Shown here: positions 16,080-26,729 of the stretch, one piece after another | Numbering within the stretch: position 1 is the stretch's first letter | Layout: every line of letters begins with the position of its first letter | Assembly: GCA_965261005.1 (NCBI GenBank) | Contig: OZ253375.1 | Span: 2,720,001 to 2,784,000 of the forward strand | Reading direction: 5' to 3' | DNA: 64,000 bases | Source: Deinococcus sp. | GTDB lineage: Bacteria; Deinococcota; Deinococci; Deinococcales; Deinococcaceae | The notes under the pieces: model-generated | What the model saw: the letters and a program-made list of their open reading frames with translations, nothing else | What the model was told of the DNA's origin: nothing | Databases searched by the model: none | Translations under genes and position numbers: made by a program

Positions 16080-17056
16080 TAGGCCCGGCTTCCCACGGTC
16101 GCGCCGCGCGCTTCCAGCACGCCCGTCACCGCGCCGACGGCCGCCTTAACGCCGGGAGTGACAACGGGGCCGCCGAAGCGAGACAGCCGCACCAGCGCCG
16201 TGCCGTCTGCGCGCGGCGTGACCCCGATCAGCACCTCCTGGGTCAGCGCCTCCTCCTCCACGTGCGCCAGGAAGACCCAGCCGCCCTGCCTCGGGCTGGA
16301 GTAGGCGTCTTGCAGCACGACGGTGTGGGCGGGCGACTGAACGACCGTCTTTTGAAAGTTTGCGAGGTCGAGGGCGGCGAGGTCAAAATTGGCGGGCAGC
16401 TTGAGCACGGCGTGGGGCACGAATTCTCCTGAATGTTCTCCCGAAGTGACGGACAGATCCGGCACGTCCGGGTGGCGCGTCACCCGCCAGCGGACGTGGT
16501 GCGCGCTCAGGCCCAGCTCGCGCCACTTGAGGGCGTACTTGGTGCGCAGGGCGGCGGGGGGCGCTTCCGGGAAGCTGGCGCCGAAGCAATCGCTTGCCTG
16601 CGCCTGGGCGAGCGCGAAGGCGAAGTACTCGGCGTGGTCGGTGGTGAACCACACCTCGCCGCCCTCACCCAGGCGGCTGGCGGCCAGCTCGAAAAAGCCT
16701 CGCCGCAGCAGGCGGTGTTCCAGGTGGCTGGCCTTGGGCCAGGGGTCGGGAAAGTTGACCACGATGCGGCTCAGGGCGCCGGGGGGAATCACGCCCCGCA
16801 GCAGCGCCGCCGCCGACATCTTGGTTAGGTGCGTTCCGGCCAGGCCGGCGGAAAGCAGTCGCCGCCGCGCCTTGAGCAGGCTCACGCCCGACAGCTCCAC
16901 GCCCAGATAATTCGTCCCCGGCTCCCGCAGCCCCTGATCGGCCCAAAAGCGCCCGTCGCCGAAGCCGATCTCCAGGGTCCAGGGGCCGGCGGGGTTCTCC
17001 GGGTAGAGCCGCGCCACGCTGTCGGGGTAGTGGAAGTCGCCCGGCCGCAAGATCAC
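16076..17056 (-). CDS. trmB: tRNA (guanine-N7)-methyltransferase TrmB with C-terminal extension
   Basis: LEIGFGDG, NFPDPWPK, TDHAEY, TKY. Confidence 0.92.
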
Positions 17057-17760
17057 GCGCCCCCCAGTTCGCTCGCGAGTGCGGCGGCCTGTCCCAACGT
17101 GGCGGCGTAGTCGAGCTGCCCCGGCGCGCAGCGGCCCAGCGCGTACACGGCGGGCCAGCGCTTCAAGCGGAAGCCGTCCAGCTCCCCCGGCGCCAAGCTG
17201 TGGGAGCGCACCGTGTACGGCAAGCTTCCCGCCTCCCCGGCCGCCGCGTCCTCGCGCGCCTCAAAGGCGACCCCGCGCGCCACCAGGTCCCGCCACAAAA
17301 AGTCATAGGCGACCTCGCCCAGCCGGCCAGCCTCCTCCTCCACCTCACCGACGCGTAGCCGCGCCCCTAGAAAGCTGCCGGCGGCCAGCACCACGGCGCC
17401 CGCCAACAGGGTGGGACCTTCCCAGGTGCTCAGGCGGTGGGGCGGCCCCACCTCCAGGGCCGAGACGCACGACTGCAAGAGGTGAATACCGGGGGTCGCC
17501 TCCAGCGCCCGCTTGACCTCGCGGTGCAGCGCCCAGGCGCCCGCGCCCGCCGCACCCGCGAACAGCGTGCCCTCCGGGAAGTTCCCCTGCCCGAATAAGT
17601 TTCCCACGCTGTCGAGCGACTGCGTCACCAGCAGTACGTCCCGCCCGACTTTTGCCAAGCGCCAGGCCAGCTCGCTCCCGGCCAGGCCCGCCCCCACCAC
17701 CGCCACGTCGTAGAGGTGGCCGGACTGCGGCAGCGAGCGGGACGAGGTGGAACCGAACAT
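17053..17760 (-). CDS. Small GidA/MnmG-related FAD-binding protein
   Basis: DVAVVGAGLAGSE, AGSFLGARL, EAGRLGEVAY. Confidence 0.82.
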   Translation of the reverse strand: MFGSTSSRSLPQSGHLYDVAVVGAGLAGSELAWRLAKVGRDVLLVTQSLDSVGNLFGQGNFPEGTLFAGAAGAGAWALHREVKRALEATPGIHLLQSCVSALEVGPPHRLSTWEGPTLLAGAVVLAAGSFLGARLRVGEVEEEAGRLGEVAYDFLWRDLVARGVAFEAREDAAAGEAGSLPYTVRSHSLAPGELDGFRLKRWPAVYALGRCAPGQLDYAATLGQAAALASELGGA

Positions 17761-17835
17761 CAGCCGAGTGTAGAGCCTGGGCCGGATGGGCGGGGGAGCG
17801 GGAACACTTGACAGGAAAAGTGGTATGACCGGGCC

Positions 17836-18118
17836 ATGTCAAACGGCGCGCGTCAGAACTTCGCGGGCACCTCGCCCTTCGAACCGCTGATCGGGTACTC
17901 CAGGAACATGCGGATCGGAAACGTCCTGCACGTTTCCGGCACCACGGCCACCCACCCGGACGGCAGCGGGCGCGTCGTCGGCGTGGGCGACATGTATGCC
18001 CAGACAAATGTATGCCCAGACAAGGCGGGCGCCGGAGAACATCTGGCTCGCTCTGGAGGACATGGGAGCGCGCCTGGAGCACGTCGTCCGAATCCGGCTG
18101 TTATTGGCAGGGGGATAA
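17836..18118 (+). pseudogene. RidA/YjgF family pseudogene
   Basis: IGYSR and VSGTTA; 16-bp tandem duplication 17992-18023 shifts frame; restored frame reads [12 protein letters not shown]...LEHVVRIRL then stops at 18118. Confidence 0.8.
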
Positions 18119-18404
18119 TGCCGGTCACCGCTTTAAAGGCCCGCGCGAGGTGGCGGGCACTGAGACGACACCGATCCCAAACCTGCTAAGCTCGGCGCAA
18201 AGCCGCAATCCGAGTTGGAGAAGTTACAAGAATTTATGTTGAGGCGCGCGCTAGATTCCAACTGGACAGCCCCTCCTCCCGCAGCATTCAAACTGAGGGA
18301 CTGAGGTAAAGAAGGCTACCCTGTCGAGAACACACATCCGAGAAGTCATCACGCTGTGCTGATTTAGCCCATCTTCGACTGAGTCCCAATCACGAGAGGA
18401 CAGC

Positions 18405-18878
18405 ATGACCGAACCCGAGTCCACCCAAACCCAAAAGAGGCCAGAGACCCTGCTCAACCTTCTGGCAGAAGAAGGCTTCCGCCCCAGCTCGGATGCGGAC
18501 GGCGACATGCAGTTCAAGTTCGAGGGTGGAACTTACTTTGTCATGTTGACGGCCGACGACGACGAGTATTACCAGTTGGTATATCCCAACTTTTGGCCGC
18601 TGGAGTCCGGCGACGATCGTCTAAACGCCCTGGTGATCTGCGACCTGCTCAACCGTGCCCTCAAGCTGGTCAAGCTGTATACGCTGGCCGACACCGTATG
18701 GGCCGGCGTGGAAAGCGCTCACGCCACGCCCGAGGCGTTTATGCACATGCTGCCCCGCTCACTCGGGTACTTACAAGACGCCGTGCGGGCGTTCGGGCAG
18801 GAGATGACGTCGCTGGAGATTCCCAAAGATGACGAGCAATCGGCGGAGCCGGACGATGAGCAAGATGCCGGCCGTTGA
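18405..18878 (+). CDS. YbjN-like protein (T3SS chaperone fold)
   Basis: Acidic; EEGFRP-DADGDMQFKFEG, PNFW, NRALKLVK pattern; GAGGA RBS. Confidence 0.65.
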   Translation: MTEPESTQTQKRPETLLNLLAEEGFRPSSDADGDMQFKFEGGTYFVMLTADDDEYYQLVYPNFWPLESGDDRLNALVICDLLNRALKLVKLYTLADTVWAGVESAHATPEAFMHMLPRSLGYLQDAVRAFGQEMTSLEIPKDDEQSAEPDDEQDAGR

Positions 18879-18963
18879 ACGGTGTGCCGGGCGCACGCAC
18901 ATGCCTTCCTGCTAAAAATTATTAGACGTAACGGGTTCGCTATACTATGAGAGGAGGGGCTAG

Positions 18964-21078
18964 ATGTCCGAGTACGAGGAGCGGAAGCCGCAAGGTCAGC
19001 AGCAGTCCACTGTCGCGGCGCCGCAGATCAGCTACATCCCCCCGCTGCCGGTCCCGGATCAGGCGGCCCTGCACCAAGATCAACAGCAGCAGGCGTTGCA
19101 GCGCTATCAGCAGTTCTTCGCAACACCAGACCTCGCCCAGCGTTCAAGCGTTACCCCGGTCTTCGAAGCCGCTCAGGTGCAACGCACCTTGGTCTTGCAG
19201 CGTCAGCAATCGCAGCTGGCCTTGCAGCGCCAGATCGAAGCGCTGAGCGAGGGCTTGCCTCCTCACGCTCTTCAGTCCGCTCTACAACGTCAGGCCGAGC
19301 AAGCTCAAGTGCCCGCCTTGCCCCCTATCTTCAACGGGCCGACCAGGTCACAACCTTCCTACGCCGACCACGCTGGGCGCTACGCCCATGAAGCGGTGTC
19401 GTTGCAGCGCCAAGCCGACCAGCACAGCGGCTTCGTCGCCATGTCCGCCTGGCCGACCATTTAGGGGCGGGCGACGCAGGACTTGGCGCAGCGCTTCCGA
19501 ACCGACGCTTCCCCTGCCACTCAGCGCTACGCCGAGCTGGGACGCAGCTTGGCCCTGGTGCAACGCCAGCCGCAAGGGAAACAGGTGGCGCGGGTCGTGT
19601 TGCAACGTTTGCCGGCGGGTGAGCGGCCCATGGTGCAAAGGGCGCTGGACGAGGCGGAACAAGAGCATCAGCAGTTCCAAGCGCAAAACCAGAACGCCTT
19701 ACAGCTGCACGCCTTGCAACGGAAGCTGACAGAGGAAGACGCCCTTGCTCCCCAAGCGATCCCGAGGGGGGGCGGTCAAGCTTTGCCCCTGGCGGTGCAG
19801 CGGCGGTTGGAAGTGGGGCTGAACATTCCGAGGGAACACTTGCAAACGGTGCGAGTCCATGCCGACCCTGCCGCCCATAGCTTTGCGAAGTCGGTGAACG
19901 CCATTGCGGCGACGGTCGGAACGCACATCTTCTTCCAGCGAGGCAAGCTGGACACCGAGAGCGCCGAGGGGCAAGAGCTGCTGGCCCACGAGGTGACGCA
20001 CACCTATCAGCAGGTGCAAGGCAAGGTCACGGGCAAAGGGATTGCCCCTGACCCCGTTCTGGAGCAGGAAGCCAGGCTGGCGGGCAAGCGCTTTGCGGGA
20101 ACGGCGCTAGACGCCTGGCGCGGCGAGGCGCGGCAGGTGGCCAAGCAGCTGAGCGGGCAGGGCCACGCTGCCGGCATCGCCGACAAGATGAGCAAGGCTA
20201 CCGCGCCGACTTCTGTGGCCGTGCAGCGCCAAGTGGCTAACTCGGAACAGGGAGAGTCGGTCAGCGCGCCGCAGGTTGATCCACAACGCCTCACGCAGTT
20301 TCGCCGCCTGCTTGAACAGTACCGCGCCGCCGTGCAGAGTGGAGAAGTCACACCAGCTGATCGAGAACACGTCGAACAGGCCGTGCGGCGTGCAGAAGCG
20401 GCCATTCGGCATGCCGAACGCGTGCAGGCGCGAGGACAAAGCTTGTCCGCAGGCGCTGGGATGGCCATGGTTGGCTCCGCAGGCTTGGCCGCCGACGACG
20501 TGACTGGAATCGGCGTTGCCGATGACGTGGCCATTCCATTCGTGCTGCTCGCCGCTGGCGCGCTCGCGCTCGGCGGCTGGCTGTTGTCCAGTTCCGACGC
20601 CAGCAAACGTCAGGCTTGGATGACGGCCAGTCAAGCGGTGGGCGTCGCCGTGGGCAGCTTGGACAACGTGCTTTTACAACGCCGGACACGCACTGAAACG
20701 GGGAGCCGAGTTGAGCCAGTGGTCATGCCCCAAACGCGCGATAAGCAAGATGAACACCGTGGGCGTTTACAGGTCCAGGGCGCCGACCTTGGGCGCTTTC
20801 CCAATGGCGAACTCTCTTGGGCATGGGCAAGAACGACCCCGCCAACTGCCGCAGAGGCGCTGACCGCGTTGCAGGTGATGAAGGGACAGCTCGGCAAGCG
20901 GGAGCTTGAAGTTCGGGTAGAAGCTTTTTTCAAGGCCGAAAAATTTATTTTAAAGGCGCAAATGGATGGAGGAATACAGGCTATATATCGTAGTGATTTT
21001 CAAAGTAATAACTTACCTCCGAAGTTTAAAAATGCACGCGTTGACATAGAAGTGTTGAAAGGAAGGGCTTTTGTGTGA
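18964..21078 (+). pseudogene. DUF4157 (eCIS core) protein with C-terminal putative toxin domain, interrupted by in-frame TAG at 19462-19464
   Basis: ORFs 18964-19464 and 19483-21078 share a frame; GGGQALP, VRVHAD, ELLAHEVTHTYQQ; GGAGG RBS before 18964. Confidence 0.8.
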
Positions 21079-21491
21079 TTCAAGATAGTATAAAAACATT
21101 GGGTATTATAGAAAATAATTGTGAGACAGTATTTGACATCATTGGCGAAGAAGTAGAAAATGGACATTTATCTGAATTAATCGATGCGTTTAAGACTACG
21201 AGTAATGTATACGTCTCCCAGGCTTTGTCATTTTGTCTTGGTGATTACAATCGAACTTCGGGGGAGATGTTAAAGGTTTTTGAGTTTATCGAAGCTTTAA
21301 TCGCACAAGATCAAAACACATACAACAATTTAATCACAGCCTTGGCGCGCTTTGAGCAGAAAGGAATTGACTGGCGCACCCCTGAGCGAGAGCAACTGGT
21401 GGAGCGCTTTTTGGCAAAATGCCAACGCTTCGGAGAGTTGCTGAGGGACTACGCCGAAGATCACGCACAGAGGTTGTTGCCAGACAGGTGA
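21075..21491 (+). CDS. Putative immunity protein (low GC)
   Basis: GTGA overlap with upstream stop; AT-rich; small acidic helical protein. Confidence 0.6.
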   Translation: MIQDSIKTLGIIENNCETVFDIIGEEVENGHLSELIDAFKTTSNVYVSQALSFCLGDYNRTSGEMLKVFEFIEALIAQDQNTYNNLITALARFEQKGIDWRTPEREQLVERFLAKCQRFGELLRDYAEDHAQRLLPDR

Positions 21492-21602
21492 ATTGCGCGT
21501 TCACCTGCTCGGACGTGCTCACCTTGGCACAGCAAAGACACCAAAGTTACGCCTCTTGTCCAAGTCGGCCTATACAACTTCAAGCCGTGAGGACAGGACG
21601 CT

Positions 21603-22085
21603 ATGAGGCTGATTGATGAACTGCTCGACCAGGTTGCCCCTGGCGGCGAACGGGCGACCGAAGCGGTGCGCGCGCTCGGGTTGCTGCTCGAAAAGCGCGT
21701 GATGAGCCGGCCCGGGGACGACGATGGGGGCTTGGCCGAACTGCTCGGTGCGGAACTTGCCGCCCATGACTTGACGCCCCAGGAGTTCGACCAAATTCTA
21801 GACGGCTTGCTGCGCCACACGCGACAAGTTGAGGTGCCCGAGCCTGGGGTGCTGTGGGCGCTGGGCAAGAGCCATGACCTCCGTATCGTTCCCGCCTTAA
21901 GGTCGGTGTTGGAGCGGTCGCTGCTGAGTGAGGGGCAACAGGACGCGGCGCACCAAGCGCTGATGGGGCTGATGCTGTTTGACGATCAGACCGCCCGCCA
22001 GGCCGTGGAGTACGCGGCGAGGGAGGGGCTAAGCGAGGTGCGCGAGGAGGCGGAGGACTACCTCGCCGTGAGGGGCAGGCGTTAA
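21603..22085 (+). CDS. Hypothetical HEAT-like helical protein, possible second immunity protein
   Basis: Acidic 160 aa; VLWALGK and EVREEA helical motifs; AGGA RBS. Confidence 0.6.
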   Translation: MRLIDELLDQVAPGGERATEAVRALGLLLEKRVMSRPGDDDGGLAELLGAELAAHDLTPQEFDQILDGLLRHTRQVEVPEPGVLWALGKSHDLRIVPALRSVLERSLLSEGQQDAAHQALMGLMLFDDQTARQAVEYAAREGLSEVREEAEDYLAVRGRR

Positions 22086-22117
22086 GACAAGCGCGACTAG
22101 AACGGCCGAAACAAAGC

Positions 22118-22145
22118 AAAGGGCGCGGCAGCTGCCGCGCCCTTT
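22118..22145. terminator. Bidirectional intrinsic terminator
   Basis: Perfect palindrome AAAGGGCGCGGCAGCTGCCGCGCCCTTT between convergent CDS and tRNA. Confidence 0.8.
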
Positions 22146-22222
22146 TGGTGCGCCCGACTGGAATCGAACCAGTGGCCTAAGGCTTAGGAGTCCTCCGCTC
22201 TATCCAACTGAGCTACGGGCGC
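22146..22222 (-). tRNA. tRNA-Arg (anticodon CCT)
   Basis: GCGCCCG acceptor stem, D arm, CT-CCT-AA loop, GGTTCGATTCC T arm, encoded CCA. Confidence 0.95.
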
Positions 22223-22286
22223 ACGGTGCCAGATCACACAGGGCCGAAGTATAGACCAAAACTGGCCCGAAAGGTCATCCCTGTTA

Positions 22287-22303
22287 TTATGTTTTGAGCA
22301 GAA
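22287..22303. promoter_or_regulatory. RDRM (DdrO operator) upstream of ddrC
   Basis: 17-bp imperfect palindrome TTATGT-TTTGA-GCAGAA. Confidence 0.8.
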
Positions 22304-22348
22304 TATGACATAGTGATTTCTATGGAGAGCGCTCGTCAGGAGGTCGGT

Positions 22349-23017
22349 ATGCAGGCGGTTTCATTCACAAAATTCGGCCGGCACGCCGTCCGCACCACCC
22401 CAGACGGGCGCCTGAACGCCGCCGACGCGCTGAAGGCTTTGGGGGCCGTCAAGCACGATATAGGCGAGGGCGCCGGCCACTTCGACTTCGGCGAGGGACC
22501 GGAAGTGACGCTCACCCACGCCCAGTTCGCGGCCCTGAGCTTCGCCCTGGGGACGCCCGAGGCGCGGCGCTGGCGGGCGCGGGCGGCGGAGTTGCTGGGG
22601 CGCTACCTGGAGGGGGACGTGCGCCTCGCCGCCGAAATCGCCGAGCGCAATCCCGACGCCGACAAGCGCAGGTGGCTGAGCGCCCGCTTGGAGAGCGTAG
22701 AGGCGCGCAAGAGATTCATGAGCACCGTCGCCAAGCACGGCGGTGAGGGCACGGTCTTTCAACAGGTCAGCTCGCTCTCCAACCGCAGCGTCCTCAATAT
22801 GAACTCGGCCGCCTTCCGGCGCGAGCGCGGCGTGCGCGACACCCGCGACGGCATGACCGCCAGCGAGCTGATGCGCCTGACCTACCTGGAAACTGCGAGT
22901 GCCCGCGCCATCGAGGCCCACGGGGCGCGCGGCAACGACCAGATTCTCAGGCTGCACCAAAGAAACGCCGACAACGAGCGCAAGGTCTGGGAAGGGGCGC
23001 TGGGCCAAGCGTCGTAA
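22349..23017 (+). CDS. ddrC: DNA damage response protein DdrC
   Basis: DFGEGPE, TPEARRW, GDVRLAAEIAERNP, RRWLSARLES, TVAKHGGEG match Deinococcus DdrC; AGGAGG RBS. Confidence 0.92.
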   Translation: MQAVSFTKFGRHAVRTTPDGRLNAADALKALGAVKHDIGEGAGHFDFGEGPEVTLTHAQFAALSFALGTPEARRWRARAAELLGRYLEGDVRLAAEIAERNPDADKRRWLSARLESVEARKRFMSTVAKHGGEGTVFQQVSSLSNRSVLNMNSAAFRRERGVRDTRDGMTASELMRLTYLETASARAIEAHGARGNDQILRLHQRNADNERKVWEGALGQAS

Positions 23018-23031
23018 GTTCGGGCAAGTGC

Positions 23032-23057
23032 GTAGGGGCGGGTTTCAAACCCGCCCT
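23032..23057 (+). repeat. GTAG-type REP-like palindrome
   Basis: GTAG followed by GGGCGGGTTT-C-AAACCCGCCC. Confidence 0.65.
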
Positions 23058-23112
23058 TCTCTTGACCACCCATTGCCCGCCCCCACGCGCCGTTTCCCAT
23101 TACCCTGTTCGC

Positions 23113-24066
23113 GTGCCCACCCTCGCCCTGATCCACACCGGCGGCACCATCGCCTCCAGGCCCGACCCCGCCGGCCACGTCATTCCGCAAGAAGCGCCGC
23201 AGCTGGACGGTTTGCCGGGGGTGAAGGTACGCGTGCTGGAGCCGTTTCAATTGCCCAGCCCGCACGTTCGCCTGTCGCATATGGAAACGTTGCGAGAGCT
23301 GATCGGCGGCCTCTCCGGCGTAGATGGCCCTCATGTGGATGGAGCGGTCGTCACCCACGGCACCGACACGCTGGAGGAGACCGCCTTTTTCCTGCACCTG
23401 ACGCTGAACGCGCCCTTTCCGGTGGTGCTCACCGGCTCAATGCGCCACGCGGGGGACCTGTCCTGGGACGGCCCTGGCAACCTGCGCGACGCGGCGACCG
23501 TCGCGCTCAGTCCGCAGAGCGCTGGGCGCGGGCCGCTGGTTGTCTTCGGCGGCGACGTGTTTGGCGCGCGCAGCGTGACCAAGATTCACACCACCGCCCC
23601 CGGGGCCTTCGGCGGCTATCCCGGCCCCATCGGGCGGGTGGACGGGGACGCCGTGCGCTTCTTCGCCCGGCCCGAGGCGCGCCCGCTGTTCCGTCCCCAA
23701 AACTTGAACGCCAAGGTCGAGATCCTGTACGCCTACGCCGGCTGGCAGGGGGAGGGCTTTCTGGAGGCCCAGGCCCGCGCGGATGGCCTGGTCATCGCCG
23801 CCCTCGGCACCGGCAACTTGCCGCCCGAGCTGCTGCCCCTGATCGCGGCGAGCGGCAGGCCGGTGGTGATCGCCACCCGCACCCACGCCGGCCCGGTGCT
23901 GCCCATCTACGGCTACCCCGGCGGCGGCGCCACCTTGGTCGCCGCCGGCGCCATTCCCGCCTCCTTTCTGAACGCCCACAAGGCGCGCATCCTGTTGGTG
24001 GTGCTGCTCGGCTCGGGCTTGAGCGGGGGAGAGATTCGGGCGGTGTTTGAGGCGGGGGCGTTTTGA
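23113..24066 (+). CDS. L-asparaginase
   Basis: HTGGTIAS, HGTDTLEET, TGSMR; GTG six nt after TACCCT. Confidence 0.92.
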   Translation: MPTLALIHTGGTIASRPDPAGHVIPQEAPQLDGLPGVKVRVLEPFQLPSPHVRLSHMETLRELIGGLSGVDGPHVDGAVVTHGTDTLEETAFFLHLTLNAPFPVVLTGSMRHAGDLSWDGPGNLRDAATVALSPQSAGRGPLVVFGGDVFGARSVTKIHTTAPGAFGGYPGPIGRVDGDAVRFFARPEARPLFRPQNLNAKVEILYAYAGWQGEGFLEAQARADGLVIAALGTGNLPPELLPLIAASGRPVVIATRTHAGPVLPIYGYPGGGATLVAAGAIPASFLNAHKARILLVVLLGSGLSGGEIRAVFEAGAF

Positions 24067-24103
24067 TAAGCTCGCGGCACGGCGGTCTTCTTGGAGGTTC
24101 AGG

Positions 24104-24577
24104 GTGGCGATCAGGATTTCGGTTTCGCGGGGTGGTTCGCACCCCTCTTCCAGCCCAGTTCGCGTTCTGCACAACCTGCTGCGTCCGAGGCAAGGCGTGG
24201 GCAAGCGGGAAATCCCCTCGCCCCTGATTCCGGCCAACACGAGAAAGCTGCTCTACTTCAGAAACAAGGGCTGCGTCGCGTGCGGCATCATTAATATGCA
24301 GATCGTGTGGTTCTGTAGGAACAAGGGTCTCAAGCTGGTCATCGTTGACCGCTGGCCGCACGAGGGCGTGCCAATCCAGAACACCCCTTACGTTGACGAT
24401 CTGGGAAACGTGCTGGACGCGGACGGCAGCATCAACGACGCCTACAACGTCGCCGTTTACCCCACCTTCGTCTACGTGGACGAGTCGGGGAAAGTTCAGA
24501 ACCGGCAGGCCGGCATCAGCAAGCGGGATTCGGGGGCCGTCGAGCCGTTTCTTGAGAAGTTCATCGCGTCAGTTTGA
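24104..24577 (+). CDS. Thioredoxin-fold protein (CxxC), start uncertain
   Basis: GCVAC; AYNVAVYPTFVYVDESGKV cis-Pro region; GGAGG before GTG 24104. Confidence 0.6.
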   Translation: MAIRISVSRGGSHPSSSPVRVLHNLLRPRQGVGKREIPSPLIPANTRKLLYFRNKGCVACGIINMQIVWFCRNKGLKLVIVDRWPHEGVPIQNTPYVDDLGNVLDADGSINDAYNVAVYPTFVYVDESGKVQNRQAGISKRDSGAVEPFLEKFIASV

Positions 24578-24580
24578 TCT

Positions 24581-25302
24581 TTATTCCCGCCCCCAGGCCT
24601 CCAGCAGCGCGACCACCTCGGCCGGGCCGTCCAAGCGGTGCGGCGCCCGCGTGTCGCCCCCGCCGACCTTGACGGCCGCGCCGCCGAGGTCGAGGGCGGC
24701 CTCGAAGCCCTCCTCGTCGGTCACGTCGTCGCCGAGGAAGACCGGCAGCAGACCGGGGTGCTCTTCCGCGAGGCGCCGCAGCGCCCGCCCCTTGCCGAAG
24801 CCGGCCGGCCGGAACTCGCGCACCATCTTGCCGGCCACGGCTTCCCAGCCCTGGGGAAGCTGAATGCCAGCCAGCCGCGCCTCAACCTCTTCTTTTTCAA
24901 GGTCGGCCACCTCGCGGTAGTGGACCGCCAGGGTCGCGCCCTTGTCTTCCAGCCGCAAACCCGCTGCCTGCGGCAATTGGGCCAGCAGGTTCTCGATCAC
25001 GTCCCGCTCCGCCACCCTTTCTGCCTCGCCGGGCCACTGCATGCCGTGCAGACCGACCACGTGCAGGTCCGGCAACTTTAAAAAGCCCCGCACCTCCCCC
25101 GCCCGCCGGCCCGAAAGCACGGCCAATTCTCGGCCGGGGCGGGCTTGGAGCTTCGCCAGCGCTTCGGGCGCCCCGCTTTCGGGCACGGCGTCCTCAGGCC
25201 GGGTCACAATGGGGGCCAGGGTGCCGTCGTAGTCGCACACGATCAGCAGGGCCAGCTGTCCCAGCGCGAGCAGCCCCTGCGGCAGAAACTGATCTCTCAA
25301 AC

Positions 25303-25306
<4 letters not shown>
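24581..25306 (-). CDS. otsB: Trehalose-6-phosphate phosphatase
   Basis: DYDGTLAPI, SGR, GDDVTDE. Confidence 0.93.
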
Positions 25307-26682
<1,376 letters not shown>

Positions 26683-26729
26683 GCGGGTGTCCTCGCGCAC
26701 GTTCTCGCAGAAAAGTCGCTCATGTCCGG

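Noticed and set aside
18170..18220. CAAACC...GCAAAGCC resembling a c-di-GMP-I riboswitch; CGGCGCAAAGCCG also occurs near 63272
   Set aside because: GNRA-capped stem and surrounding pairing are not convincing; an Rfam cmscan would be needed.
18915..18931. Possible RDRM upstream of the DUF4157 gene
   Set aside because: Only the right half-site (ACGTAA) matches.
19462..19464. Pyrrolysine or programmed amber readthrough
   Set aside because: No pyl genes or suppressor tRNA in the window; a nonsense mutation or read error is simpler.
17760..22222. Toxin cassette as a tRNA-integrated island with att sites
   Set aside because: No duplicate of the tRNA 3' end and no integrase found by eye; only adjacency is supported.
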